A stretch of 64,000 nucleotides of DNA from Balanoglossus misakiensis. Taxonomy: Eukaryota > Animalia > Hemichordata. The position numbers were made by a program, and so were the translations under genes. A model generated the notes under the pieces. That model did no database searches. It was not told the DNA's origin and saw only the letters and a program-made list of their open reading frames with translations. Shown piece by piece: positions 40,140 through 52,300 of this stretch. The stretch spans positions 5,964,791 through 6,028,790 of the forward strand of contig CM082596.2 in NCBI GenBank assembly GCA_040954595.2, in the 5' to 3' direction. Every line of letters begins with the position of its first letter. The first letter of the stretch is position 1.

Positions 40140-40499
40140 GTTTACTGTTTACTGGAAGAAAAAATAAATAAACAAATGACAGACACTTTCCACCAGAAGC
40201 TTAAATTTTACTTTTTCTGTCTACTATATTTTCCCTGTTTTGCATCTTCGCAGGGCCCTCACGAAATACAGTGTAAACTGAGTAATACTGTAATAGTAAA
40301 TCACACACAAATATGATAATACCTGTCATCGACAGAATCAAGACTTTCAGTCTGTATTTTCTCTGTCTTTATTTGACTTTTCCAGTTCATATTGGCTGTT
40401 TCAGATATGTTCTGAGGCATCTACCATGGTGTACATGATTTATGCAATTTTAACATTCGTGATCAGTCACACTTTATTGCCATGTAAATGTTTATTGGA

Positions 40500-40546
<47 letters not shown>

Positions 40547-40547
40547 A
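40500..40547. repeat. (AAAT)n simple repeat, possibly a retroelement tail
   Basis: About 12 AAAT units, directly visible. Confidence 0.9.
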
Positions 40548-40669
40548 TTTAAGAAATAAATGGTTGATCGGGAAAATATATGTACCACAGCGGGGATACG
40601 CGTACAAGCTATTCAACTGCAAGGAGACCACCACCTACGACGCGCCGCGGCCGAGCCGTCAAAAGAAAA

Positions 40670-41506
40670 CCATGTAAACACAGAACCACGTGCGATCAAC
40701 GGTCGATGTAAACAATGCTCAGTTCACGTACCGGCTTCCACTCACACAATGACATAAATCTCAGTTCATCGATACACACAATGGTCTGGTCGATGGCGCG
40801 AAAACTTGATTGCCCGGCGGTCTCACTTATATTGTGCCAGTACACAGCGAGCTAGCGATCGCGTCAATGGATGATTTTTTTTTCGTGAAACACAGTTTAG
40901 CGAAACTGCGGCTTTGCAGATTGTTTACGTTGCCTTTGTTAGGAATACAAAGAAGGTGACAAGAGTGTTATTGTTTCATTCTCAGACTGACTGATTGACT
41001 GACAGAAACACCGGCTATACGTGGAACACAATTTGTTCGGGAAAATCGCATGTGTGAAGTTCTATTTACATTTCTGAAAGTGACCTTATGCCGTGATTGG
41101 TCAGCGAATCAATGTCGCGTTCTCTGCGCGTTTTATTATGCAAGAGGGGTGGTAACATGATTGTAGTGCAAAAATGACGGCATTCTATTGAACATTCGAA
41201 CATGATGAGACTATTTTATTACTAAATAACCTAATTTATAATTAAGTTCTTTCAAAGTATCAGTTTTAAGATAAAATATCGGTGTAGAAAACGTTGTAAA
41301 CGTGCAACCACCCTTGAGGAAGTCTGTAGTATATTCCGTAGATACTGACGTCATACATTTTCTGAATATTATTGAGCGTGTGGGGAGTGTCATTTGCATA
41401 TCCGGAAAATTACAGCTAACCTCTCTTATTACATTTCTTCTGCGTTTTGAAGCATAAAACTGAACGATCGGGACTCTGAAATAAGCCGGTTACTGTGAAG
41501 GTAAGT
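40670..41506. promoter_or_regulatory. Divergent promoter region shared by the FAM186-like gene (minus) and CSRNP (plus), with candidate non-coding first exons
   Basis: CpG-enriched. Forkhead motifs GTAAACA at ~40674 and ~40708 and TGTTTAC-GTTGCC at ~40922-40934; CCAAT (GATTGG) at ~41095; CRE TGACGTCA at 41346-41353; ATTTGCAT octamer at ~41392; CCGGAA at ~41402; plus donor AAG|GTAAGT at 41500/41501; possible minus donor near 40826. Confidence 0.6.
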
Positions 41507-44500
41507 TAACGTTTATACTTTACACGAATGGCGATTACACGGACGAACTATATTGTCGGATGTATACAGTTTTGAGCTGAAATAGTCGTGCTGTTGTCCA
41601 CGTACATTCGATACAATTATCTGTGTGAGATTGAATGAGCTCCGAGTGGCAATTTCCATATTCACTCTAAAATTTCGCCCCTAACACCGCCTATTTCATT
41701 CATCAGGACACTTAGCGGAGGATTCACTAACCAGCGAATCGTTCGGCTGGGAATTCGTCCAACATAGATCCGAGTGCAGAGAGGTGAGTTAGCGATGTGA
41801 AATCGACGCAGGTTATTTAAATGGAACACAGTGGGGCCTTGCGTTGGGGAACCCATTTCGACAGTACATCCCTAGTCTGTGGCGATTTGGCAGGGTTGAA
41901 ATTGTCAGTTTCATATATTTACAACTACTTGAGTGACTGATCAAGTAAATCCAACCACACGTGCGTTGTTTTGAAAGTGCCGCGTATTGATGACCACTAA
42001 CCCGTAATTGTTTAATATCTCGCAATCGGTGCCCCACTGGCATTTTCTTCTTTGTCTCGTGTTTGCGAAATCTAACGTATGGCAAATTTATGTTAATTTC
42101 AAATTTTAATATGGTTTTTCCGACACCGGTAGCATATTTCTGAACTTGCCGATTAGAATTATAAATGTGATTTACAGGGTCCTGTTGGCGAAAAGATCGC
42201 ATTTAGAGGCACTTTGTAAGGGCGGGGGAAGCGGTTACCGGTACCGTATGTTGGTGATTGGAAAATTTTGATACCCATATACTACGTGCGGTTTGACGAT
42301 CGCACCGGCGAAGCTAAACTCTGCTTCCCATGTCACGAAAATCTGCATTCACAAACAAAGAATACACGTGTCGTTTGTGTTATCACAATATTCTCAATAT
42401 TAAATTGAGTTGCCAATATGCTAGTAAAAACTCTGATGATTTCATGTCTGTGCCTGTCTGCCACTGAATAAAAAAAAATGAAACATCTAAAACCAAAACA
42501 GTATTGATCATGATGTTATCTAGACAGAGTTTCCATTCAGAAAGATGGATATGAATCAATTGTATGATATCATAGTTTAGAAAATAGCAACTCCACACAT
42601 GATTTGTATATTTTGTCTATTTATAGATTGCCACATTTTTCATACAATAGTTTATTCATCAAAATTTAAAATTAATTTATGTGGTAATTTTTAGATGAGA
42701 CATCACATGTCCTGACAATAATGAATACTATCATGGAAACGTTAATTTTAAGTTAAAAATCAACATACATGTAGAATACAAAATGAAATCAACGACATTT
42801 AAATTTAAAGAAATATACATACATGCCAATTCTTTCTTTAGGTCTATTCACATTACTTTGATAGAAACTTCAATCACTACTATTTAATTTTAATAATAAT
42901 CGAAACAATTAGGGAAACCTGAAAACGCAATCAGATGATGAAACAATCTACCACTTGTGGTCTTTAGTTCATGTATTCCTATGGAAACTGAATGAGGTCA
43001 TTGACACTTGACAATATGGAAAGGTTGTACTCATGAATTGTGATTGAAGCAAGTTCAATCATACAGCTTTAAGGGAACACAATGGCATATGTCGCTGGGA
43101 TGATTTTTGACTGATTATTGTTAAAGCCCACACACAGTTTACATGCTGGTCTGCATGTTCTCTTGATACTAGAAAAATCTCCCAGAACACAGAAACAGCG
43201 ATTAACCGATGTTTTCAGTAATATAGGAAGAAAAATAATAATTTGGAAGAAATTCAATATGGCAGAACGGTAGTGTAATGGATATTTTCTAAAGAGGATC
43301 TAGGAAATAGAGAGTGGGTTTTTGCTGTTATGATACATTTGATAGCACAATACATAGTTTATGCAAGCTTTCAACAGTACACGTGTTGCATAATTACAAC
43401 CTTGAGATTTTGTTTATAAACATGTTTTTGTTTGTGTTGTCAAACTCAAACCTAATATACATGTTTTCCGAAATGGACGTGCACCATTAGTCATCGACAA
43501 TTATATCAAAACACAGCTGGTCTCCTCAGAAAAAATTCTGACATACACGCAAATCTCTACAGATCATTCATGATCTAATTCTACAGACATAATCAATTAA
43601 GTTATATTTAGATTGATATTCAGATTGACATTGGTGACCTTGACACGATTTTACAACAGCTGTAAATTTCACTGATATTTTGTGTGTGATATAAACATAT
43701 ATGATTGTATATATACACGCGGCAAATGTTTTCAAAGTGAATTGGATACTTTTCACTGGTTATCTGCATACCACTTGTGTAAATTTTGACTGATGTCCAG
43801 TTTAAAATCTTTATTAAACGTAAACCATGATGTTACTATAGGATATATACATGTTACATTGTAGCAGCCAAACAATAGTCTACTGTCTCGTACCATTGTA
43901 TGAAATTGTATAAGACGTTAATTGCATTGTCACAGTTTCTAATCTCACATTTTGTGTTTTGGTCACATTGCATATAGATTTGATTCATGAAAGTTTAAGT
44001 AAGGTAAACTTTGTCCAGTATTGTGGCTGAAAATGTGCGTTGTTTCTAAAAATAACAGTCTGCAGGGCGTGTATCCACTATGCTTGCAGGGTCAGTACAG
44101 ACACGACCACCTTCATGCCTTTGTACATATCTGAAATACCATAGACATTATATCTGTACGTGCTGTTTTGCTTAAAGGCAGCCATTTTGATCACTTTTGC
44201 CACCAGTAATATAAAAAAGTATGATTTGATATTAAAATTCAAATCTGAAAATATTACTACACCAACCCCAAACGGTGACATTGAGAAAATAATCGTGCCC
44301 AGGTTGTTGGATCGTAAGGTCGACAAAGGGTCAAAATGTCTGGCTCATGTGGTGGGAATTATGGCTTTGTTCAAGGTCATCATAACCTAACCGTACATGG
44401 AAATTTGATCACTTTATTCAATCAATTGATCAATCAGACTTATTGTGTTAATGACATAAGGGTGCTGGTCTTTCGAGGGTGACCTTGAGAAAACTGTCTC

Positions 44501-45849
44501 ATGTCATTGATAGGGAATTGCTTGTTAATGACTTTTGTCATAAATGTAGAAATTATTTACCTTGGAGTCTATATATAGTAAAACCTCGATTTCGATAACT
44601 GTATTTGGTTTAGCAATATACGTGGTGAGAAATGTCTCTCTATATTAGCGATTTATTGTCATTAAAAAATGTCCAGCCTAAATTTGATCAGAATTTAAAG
44701 ATATAACTCGCATCACATCTATGCGGGAAAATGTAAAAAAAATACCCTGGGTTCCATCAGACATTTGTATGACAAGAAGTAATGTTCAAATTCATTATAA
44801 TATTGAAATGTGCATTAGCCACGGCAGTATATACATGCCTACTTCCAATTCAGCCTTTGAAGGCTGTGTGATGTGTGTTACCATAGCAACACTGCGCAGT
44901 TTCCATTAAGAGATTTTCCGTGATAAAATGTCATAGTGTGAAAGGTCGCCAACAGATGGGAGATGGGGAGAGAGAAAAAGCAATTTATTTTCCGTGCGAA
45001 GCAAGGAGCCTATTGATGCATATAGCCACAGTATTTAAATTCAGCATGAGTCTTGAATGCAAAGTGGAGGAGAAATGTGTGTTGCGGGCATGCGGCGAGC
45101 CTTTTCAGTGAAGCTGCTGGGAATTTTCAAAGGAAAATATAACTTGCTCTCATTCTGAAAATCCTGAAATTTTAAAACTAACTAAAGTGCACAGTACAGT
45201 AAATGTACATGTTGCTGCCTGTATGTGAACAGTTCTGTACATTTGTGTGAATTGTCTGCCTTGAACTGACCTCAAATCATAAAAGATGAGACTACACTGT
45301 ATAGCATTCACCTCAAGTGTTCGTTCATTTCATTTAAGATACACAAGTATTGAGAATACATCAGTATTATTTCCTGATATCCATAATTTTGTCCTCAAAT
45401 TCACTATACATATACTGTTCTACCATGGATTCAATATTTTTCCATAATAGTGATGTGTTTCCCTTTTCTTCTAATTTAATACTCTGATGTAGTCTGGGAC
45501 CTTGGTTAACTGATGATGCTGGTTGCTATGACAACCACCTCATCATCAGATGGTATTATACAAATAAGAAAGGCCTTTTTAACACTTGCATACATGTACA
45601 TGTACATGTGTAAAGTTGAGTCTTTTTATGAGTGACGCTGTCATTTTAAGAGATGTACATGTACTAGTATTTTAAGATGGGAGTGTATTGTTGCAGATAC
45701 ATGTATCATGTGCTCCTATTAGTCGAATTACGTTCTTGAATTTTCCTTTCTGAACAGGTGTGTATTGGTATAGTAATGCAAAAACACAGGTGATAAATCC
45801 AGCAACTCACCTCCAGCGGTGCTCCCAATCCACATTTGTGTAATCAGTG

Positions 45850-48800
45850 ATGATGGCGTGCGTTGCCATACCGGCCAAGATTCTGAAGCGTAAACGATCG
45901 TCCAGCCCCACGTCCTCGGAGACCACCCCGGAATCCACTCAGCTGGGGTCATCCGATGACTTGGAGGAGTCCAGTCGGGATAGTTGGAACAGCAACGATG
46001 CATCTGGAAGCACAGGTAAAAGAAGCATTTGTCAGTGAAATTAATTTATATATTACATGCGACCTGATTCCAATACTGTAAAACAAGTAATACCAGTAAA
46101 ATATATCTACTCCTGGTTTTAGCACTTTGCTAGCTTGTTTCACTTTCAGTGACATGACCATGGAAGTACAAAAAGTCACAGTTGTGTTGACAAAAATTCA
46201 GCATAAAGTAACTAATGCCTAGAATGTCTTACCTGCACTGGCTTTTCACTTAGAGCTGAGCAACTTTCTGGAACAATCCTTGCACAATGCAACTTTGTAG
46301 TAGTGGAACGATTTCAAGTATGTGTTTCTTGATCTGTCTCCAGACTCAGGACCTGCAAAGAAGAAGAAGAAGCGGCGAGTGCAATTCGATGGCGTTACAG
46401 TCTTTTATTTCCGTCGCACGCAGGGCTTTACCTGTGTGCCCAGCCAGGGTGGTGCTACACTTGGTGAGTTTGACTTATCGTACAGTGTTATTTTGACCAC
46501 TGGGTGGGTTAGAAGGCAATCCCAAACCCTGCAGTGTATGGTGAAATTTCTTAGTTGTGAGCTGCCTGCTTTGATGGGTAATCTCGTGGCGTGAAAAGAC
46601 AGTTGAAATGACAGCTGTCAGTAGAGATATTACTAGCTGTAGGGATGCTACTATAAAATAAAAACGTTTCTGATTTGTGTAATAGTGCCAGACAGACAGC
46701 TCATTTCCTGCTTGACAGCGCATCGCTCATGACCCGGTAAAACGGAAGCAAAATGGCACCATTTGTAACTATGGTAACTCTAATGAAAACACATTTACTG
46801 AGACTCACCTGCTGTGTTGTGTAGGGGATTAGGGGCTGCCATGTGTCAGTTCTATTCCGGTCCCTGTTGATTTTTAAGCTGTTGAGTGTAGGTGATTACA
46901 GAGGATGGTCAAAAACCTTCAATATGGGCAGCCTGCAAAGTAAAATCAAGAATTGTTGTGTGGAACTGATTCGTGATCTGACAACCACAGGAAGACAAAG
47001 ACCAAATGCTCCTCTAACATAATTCCCATAATTAAAATGGCAAGCTCTGTTGAAGCCTCGAGCAGGCTGAGATGGACAATTTAGACATATCGCATGATTC
47101 GTTGTTGAAAATACAATGTGACTTCTTGCTTCACACTACCAGTAAATATCCAACATCATGAATCCTCCTCACACTTTATTTTAATCATCTTTATTTTCTG
47201 CTTGCCTACACAGGAATGTCCAACAGTCACGAAAACATCTCCAAGTTCTCTCTGAACGGCTATGCTCAGGAACAGGAAAGGGTCCACCGAGAGCTTCTGC
47301 GAGACCAGATCCGGCTGAGGCGAATGCACCGGAAGGCCATGAGAGAGGAGACGGACGGATCGTGCGAAGACGACGAGGGACCCAACACGGACGACGAGCT
47401 GGAGAACGTCAACACCAACGACTACTACTTCCTGCAGCCCGTGCCGACCAAGAAGCGAAGGGTCATCCTCCGCTCGGCCGGCGTCCGGAAGATCGACAGC
47501 ACGGAGAAGCGCGACTGCAAGCTGATCCGCTTCTCCCGCGAGGGCTGCGGCTGCGACTGCAAGGTCTACTGCGACCCGGAGACCTGCTCCTGCAGCCTGG
47601 CGGGCATCAAGTGCCAGGTGGACCGGCTCTCGTTCCCCTGCGGCTGCAGCAAGGACGGCTGCGGCAACCTGCAGGGGCGCATCGAGTTCAACCCCATCCG
47701 CGTGCGGACTCACTTCATTCACACCATCATGCGGCTGGAGATGGAGTCGCAGCAGAACGGGCTGGAGAACGCGAACGAGGTGCACGAGAATGCCGGCGAT
47801 GAGAACGGCGTAAGAGAAGAGGAATCGTTCAATCAAGACGCCTGCACAACCAGTATTGCGCAGAGCGATTTCAGCAAAGGCGGCGGCGACTACGGCGACA
47901 ACAACTCCCACAACCAGTTCTCCCTGGACGACGACCAGCCGAGTTACAACCACCCGTACCACGCCGAAGACACGGCCTACCGAATCCCCGCGGGGCCCAC
48001 GCTGTATCCACCGGAAGAGAACGTCCAAGTCGAAATCTCCTCCCAGCAGCAGAACGACGCCCTCCCCCGGGTTCTGCACTTCAACGATTGCGACGAGGAC
48101 AGCGACAACATCCACAGCACGTACAACGTGAATCTCCCCAGCATCAACTACAACAGCAGTAGCAGCAGCAGCAGTGGCAGCAGCAGCAGCAGCGAGGAGA
48201 GCCTCTCCGACTCCAGTTCGCAGGACAGCTACTCGTTCGACAGCGGCCAGAACTACAACTACCGACTCGAGTCGCCGCTGGAGCTGGGCACCTTCGACGA
48301 GAGCGCCAACCAAGAAATGTGCATGGTGGGCTCCACCAGCTCCCACAACAACAACTTCAACAACCAGTCGGACAGCGGCGCCCCCCGCAGCTACGTCGAC
48401 TTGATGAGCTCCAGCAGCAGCTGCGACGTGACAAGTCAGAGCCAGCAGTGTAATATTTCAGGCTACAACGAGGCCATGATGGATATGGCAAATAACGTAA
48501 TAAGCGAAAACCCAAATTATAGCGGCGTCAGCAGCACTCACAGTGTCTCAGAAACTTACAACTCGCACGGACCGGATACCTCAACCTACGATGCTGCGAA
48601 CTTTACTAACTTAGTCACCAATGATTGTTCTAATGATATATACACCAGTACAACGTCCTCTCGGGGCGATATATTTCCGCACTGTGAATCAACTCATAAC
48701 GTGTCGTCATCTCACAGTATGTACGACTCGTCGTCACGCGGGCGAGAAAACTTCCAGAGTGCTCCGGGTGTCGGTGAGATGGTTAGTATTTCCTCCAGTG

Positions 48801-49336
48801 AGGGGAACATCTGTTCGAGTCAGACTGAGCAGAAGGGCGAATTATACAGCGGCTATGCCCGAGAGAATCTCTCGACGTCCCCGAATGAGTCCTACGTCAC
48901 GCTGACCCCCGCGCAGCAAAATGTGTGCGGTGATCGCAACAAGCAGGGCAACGGCTGTATGTCTAACGACGACATCTTCGGTGGCGCATCCCAGATAACC
49001 GTGGGCTCGTCCGAAGACGACCCCAATCCGGAAAATGTCGCCATCTCCGACGGCCACCTGGAGCTGGTGTCAACGTCCTCGGAGATATGCCAGGCGAAAG
49101 TCTCAGTCGAGATTTCCTCCACTGAGAAGTCGGCCTTGGAAGCAGTGCATGCCGGGAGCACCGATGAATGTAGCAACACCTTGCAGCCGATTCAGAATTC
49201 AGACAGCGAGGGGGATGTTGGGGCAGAGACCGATTACAGACATGAGTCCAGTTTCGGTGGGGAGATCATTGACCATCAGAATTTTGGTGAGGCAATTAAA
49301 AATTCCCTCATCGAGACTGTTGACGTCAGTGTTTGA
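45850..49336 (+). CDS. CSRNP: Cysteine/serine-rich nuclear protein (CSRNP/Axud1 family transcription factor)
   Basis: Exons 45850-46015, 46344-46463 and 47214-49336 are phase-consistent (802 aa). Hallmarks: [133 protein letters not shown], then a long Ser/acidic tail. Confidence 0.96.
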
Positions 49337-52300
49337 ATCTTGTCGGTCTTTGAATCTTGTGAAACAAAAAAACTTGAAAATTCTCCTCAGTGGAAATTTA
49401 ACTTTATGTCTTTGAGAAATTCTTTTTTTGTCGGATAATTCATGGAACAAAGTTATAATGGTATTGCTAAGCGAAATTTGCAGACTTGCTTGCCAATAAT
49501 GCCTGTGATGCTTTGGTCAGTGGTTTCAGTTGTTTGTTTGTTGCATTTGCAAATTGATGAAGGGTATCTTTTGAGACTGGCAAGTTCCTCACTGTAATAC
49601 GACTTCAGCAATAGAGGTACTGCATGAATATACAGATGACAGGGGTTTAAAATTTCTGCATCATGGGAAGTGTGATTTGACAAAGAAATTTGCATAAAAT
49701 ATGTGCAGCATCAGTGATAATTTGAACATTTTGGCCTGTTTGTGGAAAAGGCAATTATTTTCAAACGTTAGAGAGTGGGGAGGGGGGGGGGCTGTCCTGA
49801 CTGTTGGTATGGACCCTCCCCTTTTAAGTTAATGCTTTCCTGTGGGTTGATACTCAGTTGTCATTCAACAAAATTGTGACAACTCCAACAAAAGTGAAAA
49901 TGTTCTTGCAATGGAAATGCAGGGTCCAAAGTTATGTGTACGACTGGGCTTGTTGCTTTATCGTCCTGTCCGTGGAAATCATGAGGGTGAAAATTGAAAG
50001 GGGGAAAACAATCAAATTGTTGAGCTTTTTCAATCCCCAACAGTATATGATACTGATGATTTGCTTTTTTGACTGGTAGTTGTCAGCAAATTAGAGAGTA
50101 CATGATTATCTTGAAGTTATGGCACGACTTCCATGCCATGCCAGAAAATATCAGTGGTCTTCAGGTTGCTTTGAAAGACACTAGTGCATTGGCACGTCTC
50201 CCACTTGTAGGGCCAATGCAGCGGAAAATTAGCCAATGAGAGAGCAGCTCTCTTGAGGCTAGCTGCGACGGCATCAAACAGTATTAAGCAATTCTATTGT
50301 GTGCTTTAGGAGCACAGTTAAGTCACCTTGCCATGTCAAATGACTCTGTGAGCCGTGTTATTTAGTCTGCCTTGATAAGCATTAAAATTAAGTGAACAGA
50401 AAATTATCTCAAAAGATATTGATTGAGACCAGCCAATATGTGGTGCTTTCTGATATTTGAAGCAGCTTTGTAGTTAAAAAAATTCAAAGCCAGACATGTT
50501 TTTTTTGTGTGTGTGAATTTCTAGATGTGTGAAGGTAGTCTTTTCATCTTCACAGAATTATTAAATGACATTTATTAGCTTATTTCCAAACTGAAGACGA
50601 GTCTGTCATTTATGGTTATTTAGAATAGCTTCAGAATTTTTCCTGTTATATTTTGTCCACAAACTGTATAAGTATTTGTAACTGCTTGGGTGAAGCCATT
50701 TTTCCCTATCACTTTTGTGAAGTAGCTGCCAAAATGGTAGCGATACTTTTATTTGCGGTTTAATCCTGTATATTTGAAACAACGGGGTTATTCCAAAGAT
50801 ACAAATCTTGATTTTTTAAAACTTTTGAAATGATGTGGACTTTTGTGTCACTTGAATACAAGTATTGTGATTATAATTTGTGCCTGCAATTGTTAAGAGG
50901 TTTACCAGTGAAACCATGTACCTCATGATGTTTTTAATATCATTATGGTGATTGTATCACAACTATAGATCTGAATGGATGGATCACAAATGTCGTGCAG
51001 TGCAAACCTACCTGCCATTTATAGACATGCTTTCCCAAAACTAAATTTATCACAGTTGCAAAATATTGCTTTTAGTTCCAATTGTCTGCATTTCAGATCA
51101 TCCACTGATGTGCTTTCTGTTCCACACAAAGCCTTATGTGCTCTGCTTAATCTTGTGTGCCAAGATTTTTCTGTTGAATAGTGCTTTAACTAGCTGTATG
51201 AAAAGTCTTCAAAACTCTTTAAAGTGGAAAATACATACCTGCAAAGAAGAAAAAAAAAAGGTTAAAGACTGGATAAGTTCTATTTGCTTGCTTGCAAAGA
51301 CACAACTTTGTGCCATAAATGAAATATATACCCATTCTAAACTCGATGAGTGGTCAACTTTTTACCCATAATACAATTCAGTATCCTGTGACATGAGTTC
51401 TTGGCAAGAAGCAAGTCTAAGGCAAAGGGAATTTAATCCTTATACAAACGAGTGTCCATCCAGCAGGGAGAAAATCTGCATATTTTATTTTTAGCATTCT
51501 GAATTTAAACTTTAATTATTCAAAAGTTGTACTTTCCATCAGTAAGTTTTTCCATTCTCCTGCCAGATTTAACTTTTTGACATAATTTATAAAAGCACTG
51601 AAATTGATGAATTTACAAAAAAAACTATAATTTTGCATCTCGAAATGTGTAATAGAATGTGACCAATAGAGAATTCTGGGTACTAAACCTCAGAATCATG
51701 TGCTGCAGTGAAAACTTTGATATTGAGTCAGTTTTTTAAAACTTAATCTACTTTGCTTCATGGTTTTCCAGGAAAAGCTACACACACCTGTATACACTTT
51801 GAAATCGAGAACATTCTGAAATTTTAGCCAATTTTACTTTTTTTGAATAATTTTATCTAAGTATGTTTCTTGTTATTTATACAACTTTGAAAAAGTGCTT
51901 ATTTAAGATATGTAAATTTTTTGATTCAGACAATACTGCGGTAGACAAAATTTGTGCACATAATGTGTACACTAGTTTGCATGGTAGTGTTTATCCAGGG
52001 GTCTGTGTGACTATTTAGATTAGAATTTGAAGAGGAGCAGAATTAGGTTAACAGGGAAACCACTGACAATCGATGGGTTTTTACAATAATGTCTTCAATT
52101 AAATAAATTAGGCTTATTAAATTCCACAGGTACAGAAACTTGTGTACCAGGTATTTGTGTAAAATTAATTAAGTGTTATAAATTTCTTCAAAATTTGAAT
52201 ATTGAATGCTTTGATGTAGTTTTTCAGTGTGACCTGCTTGGAAGACTGAAAGAATGTAGACATTTTTGCTTGATTTTCTCAGACTGTCAGTGGTTTTCGT

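Noticed and set aside
47156-48346. 396-aa antisense ORF and alternative-frame ORFs over CSRNP exon 3
   Set aside because: Expected shadow of a GC-rich coding exon; no recognisable domain and no independent splice or promoter support.
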